Shown here: positions 56,727-64,000 of the stretch, piece after piece
Position numbering within the stretch: position 1 is the stretch's first letter
How the letters are laid out: each line of letters starts with the position of its first letter
Assembly: GCA_017431035.1 (NCBI GenBank)
Contig: JAFRLW010000028.1
Coordinates: 71,823-135,822 of the forward strand
Direction of reading: 5' to 3'
Origin: Clostridia bacterium
GTDB taxonomy: Bacteria > Bacillota > Clostridia > Oscillospirales > Acutalibacteraceae
DNA: 64,000 nt
The notes under the pieces: model-generated
What the model saw: the letters and a program-made list of their open reading frames with translations, nothing else
The model's database searches: none
What the model was told of the DNA's origin: nothing
Translations under genes and position numbers: made by a program

Positions 56727-56883
56727 GAAAGGGTGGCTTACGCATCCCCCGTATAACCTGGGCTTTGCATTTTGATCACATCGATAATCCGCACATTCGT
56801 TTTTTGGGCAGATCAGTGAACAAAAAAGCAGATAATGAGGACTCCCGATTTTTCTCGGAAATGCTGTAAAAACATAAAAAGTA

Positions 56884-56913
56884 TAGACAGAGCCTGCGGC
56901 AGTATGGTAGAAT
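56884..56913 (+). promoter_or_regulatory. candidate promoter of the alpha-galactosidase operon
   Basis: TAGACA (56884..56889), 18-nt spacer, TGgTAGAAT extended -10 (TAGAAT at 56908..56913). Confidence 0.45.
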
Positions 56914-56923
56914 GGTTTTGATA

Positions 56924-56939
56924 AGTGAAACGTTTAACT
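56924..56939. promoter_or_regulatory. LacI-family operator-like near-palindrome
   Basis: AGTGAAACGTTTAACT has an AAACGTTT core. It lies about 10 nt downstream of the -10 box and inside the spurious N-terminal extension of ORF 56925. Confidence 0.5.
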
Positions 56940-56972
56940 ACTTCTAAGAAGCCCGAAAAAGGAGAGAACGCC

Positions 56973-59159
56973 ATGAGCATCCGTTATATTGAAAGCTCCA
57001 AGCAGATCATCCTCGAGACCGCAGACACCACCTACCAGATGAAGATCGACGAGCTGGGTTATTTGCAGCATTTATACTACGGTAAAAAGCTCGGTCAGAA
57101 CGATATGTCCTATCAATTCCGCATCTATGATCACGGGTTCTCCGGCAACCCCTACGAAATGAGAGACAATCGTGCCTACTCGCTCGACTCAATGGCGCAA
57201 GAATACACCTCCTTCGGCGTGGGTGATTTCAGGGTCACAAGCATCTATGCTTCGTGCTCCGACGGCAGCCGCTGCGCAGAGTTTCGCTACGCCGCGCACG
57301 AGATACTTGACGGCAAGTACACCATCCCCGGTCTGCCATCCGTCTATGATAACGGCGATACGGTGCAGACGCTGATCGTAACCCTTATCGATAAACCTGC
57401 CAATATTAAAATTAAGTTATATTACGGCGTGTTCGAGGAGCTTGATATCATTACCAGAGCCGCCGAGATCATCAACGCAGGCAATGAGATCGTCTGGCTG
57501 CGAAAGGCGTGTTCGATGTGTTTGGAACTGCCCTTCGGCAAGTGGGATATGATCCACTTCCACGGACGCCACTGCATGGAGCGTCAGCCGGAGCGCGTAC
57601 CGCTGTTCCACGGCATACACACGCTCGTATCGGGTAGAGGTATGTCCAGCCATCAGCACAATCCGTTTGTCATCCTGTGCGACCGTGATGCGACCGAGGA
57701 CAACGGCGCTTGCTACGGCGTGATGCTGATGTACTCCGGTAACCACAAGACCGAGATCGAGCGTGACCAGTTCGACAGCGTGCGCATAGTGACCGGCATA
57801 AGCGATGACCGTTTCCGCTGGGAACTTGCATCAGGAGCCTCCTTCTATACGCCCGAGGTCATCCTCACCTGCGCCGACGGTCTGACAAATCTCTCACACA
57901 ACTACCATCGCGTGATACGAAATAACGTAGTGCGAGGCGAATACAAGCTTATGCACCGACCGGTTCTGATCAACAACTGGGAAGCGACCTATTTCGATAT
58001 CACCGAGGAAAAGGTGCTCGCCATCGCAGAAAAGGCGAAGGAACTGGGCGTTGAGATGTTTGTACTCGACGACGGTTGGTTCAAGAACCGCAACGACGAC
58101 AACGCAGGACTCGGTGACTGGATACCCGATACCGAAAAACTGCCCGACGGCTTAGGCGGTCTGATTGAGAAGATCAACAACATGGGACTGAGATTTGGTC
58201 TTTGGATAGAGCCTGAGATGGTTAACGAAGACAGCGACCTTTACCGCACTCACCCGGACTGGGCGCTGACAGCTCCAAACCGCGCGCCGATGATGGCGCG
58301 TAACCAGCTGGTGCTCGACCTCTCGCGAAAAGAGGTGCACGATTATCTCTTTGACACGATCTCGGGTCTGCTCGAAAAGTACAATATCACCTACATCAAA
58401 TGGGATTTTAACCGTCCGATCTCGGATGTCTATTCATACGCATTTCCCTCATCCCGTCAGGGCGAGGTGTCTCACCGCTACTATCTGAGCCTGTATGCTT
58501 TGTATGAAAAACTGACCGCGAAATTCCCCCATGTGCTCTTTGAGGGCTGTGCAGGAGGAGGCGGTCGATTTGACGCCGGTATGCTGTACTACAATCCGCA
58601 GATATGGTGCTCCGACAACACCGATCCCATATCGAGATTGAAAATACAGTACGGCACCTCGTTCGGTTACCCGTCATGCACGGTCGGCGCTCATGTCAGC
58701 GCGTCGCCGAACCACCAGACCGGCAGAAAAACTCCTTTGAATACGCGCGGCGTGGTAGCTATGTCCGGCTCCTTCGGCTATGAACTCGATCTCTCACAGC
58801 TCTCCGACGAAGAGTGTGACGAGATAAAGAATCAAATAAAGAAATACAAGGAACTTGAGCCGATCATCCACGGCGGCAGAATGTACCGCCTGAGCCAAAA
58901 GAGCGACGCGACGCACTATATGGCGTGGCAGTTCGTCAGCCCCGATCAGAGCCGCGCACTGTTGAATATCGTCGTCACCAACCCGCTGGCGAATTCGGCG
59001 CCCGTCCATGTGAAACTGAAGGGGCTGATACCCGACGCGACCTATTCTGTCAACGGAGAGTTCGAGGTTCTCGGCTCGGCGCTTATGAAGGGCGGTTACA
59101 CATTCCAAAGACTAATCGGCGATTATCCGGCCATGCAGCTGGATATCGTTCGCATTTAA
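56973..59159 (+). CDS. alpha-galactosidase, glycoside hydrolase family 36
   Basis: Typical GH36 AgaA/RafA collinearity: MSIRYIES..., INNWEATYFD, KWDFNR, EGCAGGGGRFD, WCSDNTD. Start at ATG 56973 with an AAAGGAGAG RBS. Confidence 0.9.
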   Translation: MSIRYIESSKQIILETADTTYQMKIDELGYLQHLYYGKKLGQNDMSYQFRIYDHGFSGNPYEMRDNRAYSLDSMAQEYTSFGVGDFRVTSIYASCSDGSRCAEFRYAAHEILDGKYTIPGLPSVYDNGDTVQTLIVTLIDKPANIKIKLYYGVFEELDIITRAAEIINAGNEIVWLRKACSMCLELPFGKWDMIHFHGRHCMERQPERVPLFHGIHTLVSGRGMSSHQHNPFVILCDRDATEDNGACYGVMLMYSGNHKTEIERDQFDSVRIVTGISDDRFRWELASGASFYTPEVILTCADGLTNLSHNYHRVIRNNVVRGEYKLMHRPVLINNWEATYFDITEEKVLAIAEKAKELGVEMFVLDDGWFKNRNDDNAGLGDWIPDTEKLPDGLGGLIEKINNMGLRFGLWIEPEMVNEDSDLYRTHPDWALTAPNRAPMMARNQLVLDLSRKEVHDYLFDTISGLLEKYNITYIKWDFNRPISDVYSYAFPSSRQGEVSHRYYLSLYALYEKLTAKFPHVLFEGCAGGGGRFDAGMLYYNPQIWCSDNTDPISRLKIQYGTSFGYPSCTVGAHVSASPNHQTGRKTPLNTRGVVAMSGSFGYELDLSQLSDEECDEIKNQIKKYKELEPIIHGGRMYRLSQKSDATHYMAWQFVSPDQSRALLNIVVTNPLANSAPVHVKLKGLIPDATYSVNGEFEVLGSALMKGGYTFQRLIGDYPAMQLDIVRI

Positions 59160-59176
59160 CCGATAAGGAGTACTCT

Positions 59177-61129
59177 ATGCAGCCAGAAATCAATTATAAA
59201 GAAGCGTTACGGCTCGGTCAAAAGGAAGTCCACGCCAGAGCGGCAAAAAACGAAAGCACAGCCTTGCCTGTGCTGGACGAGATCATCCCGGCAGAAAAGA
59301 CAATGTCGGGGATAAGTCTCGGCGTGATCCAGATACCGATGCGGTTTATCGTCGGGACAAAAACCGCCGGAAGAGTCGGCGCCTTTGCCCCGAATTTTAT
59401 GCCGCTGTTGGCGGAGAGCACAGAGTTCGCTTCAAAGTGGGAATCACTTTATCGTTCTCATATGAGCGAAGGCATCCGTGAGCCGATCAAGGTGTATGAG
59501 TATCTGAACCGATATTATGTCGAAGAGGGTAACAAGCGCGTCAGCGTGCTGCGATACTGCGGCGCATACAGCATTCCCGCAGACGTTACCCGCATCATGC
59601 CGGAAAAATCTGACAGCGACGAGGTTCAGCTGTATCTGGAATATCTGGATTTCAACCGTTACAGCAAAATTAACTTTATCGAATTCTCCAAGCGCGGAAA
59701 CTATAAGGAGCTGCTCCGCGCGATCGGAAAACCCTTCAACGAGTTTTGGAGCGTAGAAGAACAGCAGCGTTTCTCCAGCACCTATTATCATTTTGAAAGG
59801 GCGTTCAAAGAAAACGGCGGCGACAGGCTAAAGATGACTGTCGGCGATGCGATGCTCAGCTATATTCAAATATACGGTTATTCGCAACTACAAAATGAGG
59901 GAGAGGCGGAGATCCGCATCAACCTCAAAAAGATAAAGGAAGAGATCTTCCTCAAGAAACAGGATGATGAGATCGAGGTAAAGGCCGTTCCTGTCGAGGA
60001 GAAGAAGCAGTCTGTTATCGCCAAGGTTCTCCCGATCTCAAAGCCCCAAAAGCTGAAAGCCGCGTTCGTTTATGACTTTCCGCCCGAAAAATCAGGCTGG
60101 GTCAAAGACCACGAACTTGGCAGGATCCATGCCCAGACAGTGTTGGGAGACAGGGTCGATACCGTCGTCTATATTTGCGGCGAGGATAAGAATTACGCCG
60201 CGGTTCTGGAGCAGGCGATCGAGGAAAACTGCAAGCTGATCTTCACCACTTCGCCGCGAATGCTGCAGGCGTCCTTGCGCACGGCGGTGGAATATCCCGA
60301 CGTCGTGATTATGAACTGTTCGCTGAACACCTCGCACCGCTATGTCCGCACCTATTATACGCGGATGTATGAGGCAAAGTTTATTTTGGGTGTTCTGGCG
60401 GGCTCGCTGACACAGAGCGGACGGCTCGGGTATGTTTGCGACTATCCCATTTACGGTCAGATCGCGGGTATCAACGCTTTTGCGCTTGGCGCTCAGATGG
60501 CTAATCCGCGCTCCAAGGTGTATCTGGAATGGTCATCTGTCAAGGGAGCGAAAGAGGCGGCGCTTTCGCTGAACCGTCAGCACATCCACCTGATCTCCTC
60601 CCAGGATACCGCACGCTTTAACGAGGATGACCGCGAGAGCTACGGATTGTCGCATATCGGCAGCGACAAAACCGATCTGCTTGCCGTTCCGATATGGAAG
60701 TGGGGCGTATATTATGAGAGGATCCTGCGCTCGATGCTCGATAAAACGATCAAGAGCGAATATATCAATACCGAACGCGCCCTGAATTATTTTTGGGGAA
60801 TGTCGGCAGGCGTCGTGGATATCGAATACGCTCCGGCACTGCCGCTTGCATCCCGCCGTTATGCGGATTTCTTCCGCAGCAGTTTGATCAGCGGGGCGGG
60901 CAAGCCGTTTTTGACGCCGTTCTATACTCAAAGCGGCGAGATCATCGGCGCGCGGCAAAATGAGTTGAGTTTGGAACAGATCATCAATATGGATTATCTC
61001 GTCGACAATGTCATCGGCAGTATCCCCGTGTATGACGAACTTACCGATATGGGAAAGGCGACGGTCGATACGGTCGGCGTCAGCAAAGCAAGGCTGAAAG
61101 CGGATGAGAAAACGGAGGATAAAGGATGA
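59177..61129 (+). CDS. cytoplasmic fusion protein: N-terminal ParB/sulfiredoxin-like domain plus C-terminal BMP (PnrA/Med-like periplasmic-binding fold) domain
   Basis: No signal peptide. The N-terminal IQIPMRFIVGT...GIREPIKVYEYLNRYYVEEGNKRVSVL follows the ParB/Srx pattern. The C-terminal AAFVYDFPPEKSGW...FTTSPRM...GYVCDYPIYGQIAGINAFALGAQMANP resembles BMP-family proteins. Start at ATG 59177 (AAGGAG). The upstream part of ORF 58925 overlaps the aga gene. Confidence 0.6.
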   Translation: MQPEINYKEALRLGQKEVHARAAKNESTALPVLDEIIPAEKTMSGISLGVIQIPMRFIVGTKTAGRVGAFAPNFMPLLAESTEFASKWESLYRSHMSEGIREPIKVYEYLNRYYVEEGNKRVSVLRYCGAYSIPADVTRIMPEKSDSDEVQLYLEYLDFNRYSKINFIEFSKRGNYKELLRAIGKPFNEFWSVEEQQRFSSTYYHFERAFKENGGDRLKMTVGDAMLSYIQIYGYSQLQNEGEAEIRINLKKIKEEIFLKKQDDEIEVKAVPVEEKKQSVIAKVLPISKPQKLKAAFVYDFPPEKSGWVKDHELGRIHAQTVLGDRVDTVVYICGEDKNYAAVLEQAIEENCKLIFTTSPRMLQASLRTAVEYPDVVIMNCSLNTSHRYVRTYYTRMYEAKFILGVLAGSLTQSGRLGYVCDYPIYGQIAGINAFALGAQMANPRSKVYLEWSSVKGAKEAALSLNRQHIHLISSQDTARFNEDDRESYGLSHIGSDKTDLLAVPIWKWGVYYERILRSMLDKTIKSEYINTERALNYFWGMSAGVVDIEYAPALPLASRRYADFFRSSLISGAGKPFLTPFYTQSGEIIGARQNELSLEQIINMDYLVDNVIGSIPVYDELTDMGKATVDTVGVSKARLKADEKTEDKG

Positions 61130-61743
61130 AGATACTGGCAGTCTCGGATACTCCGTCCGATAAATACTATAAGTATTATCGGCCGGGGATGCTTAAAGAG
61201 TTCGATTTGATCCTTTCCTGCGGCGATCTCGGACCCGAGTACCTCGAGTTTCTTGTGACAATGGCGGGCTGCCCGCTGGTTTATGTTCACGGTAATCACG
61301 ACGACAACTACGACCGTAGTCCGCAGGGGTGTATCTGCGCGGATGACAGGATCGTAACGATAGGCGGTTTGCGGATACTTGGCTTCGGCGGCTCGAACTA
61401 TTACCGCGACGGAAACCGCGACGGAATATATATATATAAGGAAAAGGAAATGCAAAGCCGTATTCGCAGGCGGTGGTTCTCACTAAGACGGCACGGCGGT
61501 TTTGACATCCTTTTGACCCACGCACCCGCGCGGGGACTTAACGATTTTGAAGACCTTCCTCACAGGGGATTTGAATGCTTTAACACCCTGCTTGAGAAAT
61601 ACAAGCCCTCGTATTTTGTCCACGGACATATCCACCGCAACTATGACTTTAGCATCCCGCAGGTCGATCATAAAGGCAATACGACGGTCATCAACGCTTA
61701 TGAATACTGCATCATTGATACAAAAACGGGGCTATCGCGATAA
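61126..61743 (+). CDS. calcineurin-like metallophosphoesterase
   Basis: MKILAVSDTP, CGDL, VHGNHD and HGHIH are metallophosphoesterase motifs. The start overlaps the upstream stop codon (ATGA). Confidence 0.8.
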   Translation: MKILAVSDTPSDKYYKYYRPGMLKEFDLILSCGDLGPEYLEFLVTMAGCPLVYVHGNHDDNYDRSPQGCICADDRIVTIGGLRILGFGGSNYYRDGNRDGIYIYKEKEMQSRIRRRWFSLRRHGGFDILLTHAPARGLNDFEDLPHRGFECFNTLLEKYKPSYFVHGHIHRNYDFSIPQVDHKGNTTVINAYEYCIIDTKTGLSR

Positions 61744-61771
61744 GCGACAGCCCCGTGCTGTTATTTATGTG

Positions 61772-62764
61772 TTATTCCTTGGTCGTTCCGCCGGAAACAT
61801 ACCTGACAGGCAGGCAGATATTTGCACCGGCATTGTTTTCATCGGGATTAAGCAGGATATTGACTGCTGTCTCCGCCATCTGAGCGATCGGCTGTTCGAT
61901 CGTGGAACAGACATAGCTGTCGGTAAGGCGGTCGATGATGCCGTCGTAGCCGATAAGCTGAACCTGATCGGGAATGCTGATATTCCTTTCGCTGAGAAAC
62001 CGGATCACCTGGCCTGCCAAAATATCCGAGTTGCAGAAAATACCGTCATATTCGAACTCTCCGTCATGGATATGATTCTCCAAAAATTGAAAGATCGGCT
62101 CCTCCGGCTCGTCATCCATTAAAAGAAGTGTTTCATAATCGATGTTCCTTGACTGACAGACGCTTTCAAATCCGGCGCAGCGTTTGTTGGGCTCACCCTG
62201 GATGCGAGAGGTGATCCGCATAAACAACAGTTTGCGGCATCCGAGATCGATCAGCTTTTTGGCGGCAAGTTCACCGCCTCTGAAATTATCCGAGGAAACG
62301 CAGGGAATATCCTCGTCGAGATGGCGGTCAATGGTGACTATTGAGATAGAATCGCCCACCTCGAGATCGGGACTGTAGGTCAGGGCGATAACGCCGTCCA
62401 TCTTGTTGCTCCGCACCATAGCAAAACTTTTTTGCTCGGCGTCGGGATCATAGTTCGTAATCATGAGGATCGCGCGGTATCCTCTGCTCATCAGACTTTT
62501 TGTCAGCTCATCGGTCAGGTAGGCGAAAAAAGGGTGCTTGAGAGAAGGCAACACCAATGCGACGCTGTAGGTCTTGTTGCTTTTCAGCGCGCGGGCATAG
62601 TTGTTCACCTGATAGCCCAGTTTTTTAATGGCTGCCTCTACCTTTTGGCGGCTGGCTTTTCCGACCGGCAGACCGTTGATGACCTTTGATACCGTAGCGA
62701 GTGACAAACCGCTCTCCTGCGCTACGTCTTTCATGGTGGGATTAAGATTAGTTTCACGTTTCAT
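61772..62764 (-). CDS. LacI-family transcriptional regulator
   Basis: TMKDVAQESGLSLATVSKVINGLPVGKASRQKVEAAIKKLGYQVNNYARAL helix-turn-helix plus a sugar-binding core. I chose the start at ATG 62764. Confidence 0.85.
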   Translation of the reverse strand: MKRETNLNPTMKDVAQESGLSLATVSKVINGLPVGKASRQKVEAAIKKLGYQVNNYARALKSNKTYSVALVLPSLKHPFFAYLTDELTKSLMSRGYRAILMITNYDPDAEQKSFAMVRSNKMDGVIALTYSPDLEVGDSISIVTIDRHLDEDIPCVSSDNFRGGELAAKKLIDLGCRKLLFMRITSRIQGEPNKRCAGFESVCQSRNIDYETLLLMDDEPEEPIFQFLENHIHDGEFEYDGIFCNSDILAGQVIRFLSERNISIPDQVQLIGYDGIIDRLTDSYVCSTIEQPIAQMAETAVNILLNPDENNAGANICLPVRYVSGGTTKE

Positions 62765-62879
62765 TTTCAAATACCTTTTGCATATACCCCTGAAATTCAA
62801 TAATAAGGGTGTTTATTCATATTATAACAAATGAGTAACGAAAAATAAAGACCTAAAATACAAAAAATGAAAATATTTA

Positions 62880-62895
62880 TGTTAAACGTTTTACA
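62880..62895. promoter_or_regulatory. LacI-family operator-like near-palindrome
   Basis: TGTTAAACGTTTTACA has one asymmetric position pair. It lies in the lacI / sugar-transporter divergent intergenic region. Confidence 0.5.
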
Positions 62896-62979
62896 TTGGC
62901 AATTATACACATAATTTGGTCGTAATTTTGTAACAACTCACAAAAAACACAACAAATACTGAAAAAAACTATTAAGTTA

Positions 62980-63008
62980 TTGACATTTTTATCCACAAGT
63001 GCTATACT
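62980..63008 (+). promoter_or_regulatory. sigma-A promoter of the sugar ABC transporter operon
   Basis: TTGACA (62980..62985), 17-nt spacer, TGcTATACT (TATACT at 63003..63008). Confidence 0.55.
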
Positions 63009-63033
63009 TTAGACACGCGAAAAACCTATATTG

Positions 63034-63049
63034 TGTAAAACGTTTTACA
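63034..63049. promoter_or_regulatory. perfect 16-bp palindromic LacI-family operator
   Basis: TGTAAAACGTTTTACA is identical to its reverse complement. It lies about 25 nt downstream of the -10 box, in a roadblock position. Confidence 0.6.
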
Positions 63050-63138
63050 TACGTTTCTGTGCAGAGGCAGACGAACAGAACCGTTGGAAAACGCGCTACA
63101 CAAAACCCAAAAAATAATTATAGAAAGGAAAAATGCAC

Positions 63139-64000
63139 ATGAAAAAGAGATTATTGTCAATCGTATTGGCAGCCGCTTTAGTACTCGGACTGACTGTAGG
63201 CCTGACCGCCTGCGGCAACGGAGGCTCCGGCGGCAACGTAACCATTACCATCTTTAACTCAAAGATGGAGATCCAGAGCCAGATGGAAGAAATGGCTAAG
63301 AAATACTCCGAAGAAAAGGGAGTTGACGTTGAGGTTTATTATTCTTCCGATACAGTCGCAGCACATCTGTCCACCCGCTATGCTTCCAACGATCCCTATA
63401 CCATCTCTATGGTTGACGCGAAGGATGTTTATTCTCTCGCGAAAGAGCACGCAATCGATCTTTCCGATCAGGATTGGGTAAAGGATACCACTCAAGCGAT
63501 CACGATCGACGGCAAAACCTACGGCTTCCCGGTTTGTGTAGAGGCTCGCGGCATTATCTACAATGCGGACGCTATCAAGAAGGCTACCGGCGCTGACTTT
63601 GATCCCACCAAAGTTAAGACCACCGCTGATTTGAAGGCTATCGCCGAGAAATGCGGCACCGGCATTATGAAGGAAGACTGGTCGCTGGCAGCTCACTACC
63701 TCGCAGAGGTTTATGAGCAGCAAGATGATCCCGACGCATTTATCGCCGGCATTAAAGATGGCTCCATCAAGTTGGAAAAGGATCCGAAGTTCATCGCAAT
63801 GATGGATACCTTTGATGTACTTAAAGCTAACAACTATGCAAAAGACGCTGCTATCTCCGCAGAGCGCGAGGTAACCGAGCAGAAGCTCGCCGAGGGCGAG
63901 ATCGGTTTGATGTTCGGCGGCAACTGGGATTGGTCCGTAATCAATGCTTATGACTATTCCGAGAACATGGGTATCATGCCCGTTCCGAATGACGTCGATG
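63139..64000 (+). CDS. sugar ABC-transporter substrate-binding lipoprotein (family 1 solute-binding protein), N-terminal part; runs off the right edge
   Basis: Absent from the ORF track because it is open at the edge. My translation reads MKKRLLSIVLAAALVLGLTVGLTACGNGGSGGNVTITIFNSKMEIQSQMEEMAKKYSEEKGVDVEVYY...GKTYGFPVCVEARGIIYN...MFGGNWDW. It has a lipobox LTAC and a typical SBP_bac_1 pattern. ORF 63259..63723 (-) is its antisense shadow. Confidence 0.8.
   Translation, partial: MKKRLLSIVLAAALVLGLTVGLTACGNGGSGGNVTITIFNSKMEIQSQMEEMAKKYSEEKGVDVEVYYSSDTVAAHLSTRYASNDPYTISMVDAKDVYSLAKEHAIDLSDQDWVKDTTQAITIDGKTYGFPVCVEARGIIYNADAIKKATGADFDPTKVKTTADLKAIAEKCGTGIMKEDWSLAAHYLAEVYEQQDDPDAFIAGIKDGSIKLEKDPKFIAMMDTFDVLKANNYAKDAAISAEREVTEQKLAEGEIGLMFGGNWDWSVINAYDYSENMGIMPVPNDVD

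Noticed and set aside
56513-56869. 118-aa ORF spanning the amidase 3' end, the terminator and the tRNA remnant
   Set aside because: It crosses a strong bidirectional terminator and tRNA-derived sequence. It has no RBS, and its composition is inconsistent with coding sequence.
58925-59176. 84-codon N-terminal extension of ORF 58925..61129
   Set aside because: It overlaps the 3' end of the GH36 gene in another frame and is Arg-rich shadow sequence. A good AAGGAG RBS precedes ATG 59177.
63259-63723. 154-aa minus-strand ORF near the right edge
   Set aside because: It is antisense to the sugar-binding lipoprotein gene that starts at 63139. That gene has a clear signal peptide and lipobox and the family pattern.

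Overview
The window looks like chromosomal DNA from a spore-forming Firmicute of the Clostridia type. This rests on SpoIIID behind a sigma-E-type promoter, GGAGG ribosome-binding sites and many hairpin plus T-run terminators. No organism can be named from the sequence alone.

Gene order, left to right:
- murA (partial, runs off the left edge)
- a zur / small Cys-rich membrane protein / znuA operon
- hxlR, flavin reductase and a membrane protein
- a DUF1848 / macrodomain / SirTM-type sirtuin operon
- a MacB-type ABC pair and tRNA-Arg(CCT)
- an ATP-grasp gene, then GtrA / TPR / DUF4037
- pyrR-pyrP with a leader attenuator
- a YabE-like 3D-domain protein, hppA and a Dabb protein
- rpoC and rpoB, then spoIIID
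- a tightly packed 18-gene, 22.6 kb minus-strand glycopolymer operon (28472..51076)
- rpsT, an Ada-like lipoprotein, uvrC and a second GtrA
- a candidate preQ1-I riboswitch with a yhhQ-like transporter and an amidase
- a truncated tRNA remnant at 56671..56726

The glycopolymer operon encodes a priming sugar transferase, six or seven glycosyltransferases, Wzx, Wzy, two LicD paralogues, FnlABC-like UDP-L-FucNAc genes, an Ldh_2 oxidoreductase and an HpcH-like aldolase. It also encodes a 1644-aa surface protein with a phosphodiester-glycosidase domain and five near-identical C-terminal repeats.

Right of the tRNA remnant, codon usage visibly shifts toward G/C-ending codons. That region holds a LacI-controlled alpha-galactoside locus: GH36 alpha-galactosidase, a cytoplasmic ParB/Srx-like-BMP fusion, a metallophosphoesterase, LacI and a partial sugar-binding lipoprotein.

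No transposase, integrase, CRISPR array or recognised defence system was seen.

The most interesting candidates are:
- the LicD pair, secreted phosphodiester glycosidase and repeat module
- the DUF1848-macro-SirTM trio
- the Ldh_2 and aldolase pair inside the glycan operon
- the yhhQ-amidase pairing behind a preQ1-like leader
- the ParB-BMP plus phosphoesterase pair
- the tRNA-remnant island boundary

All functional calls come from reading the translated sequences for family motifs recalled from memory. No database search was run.
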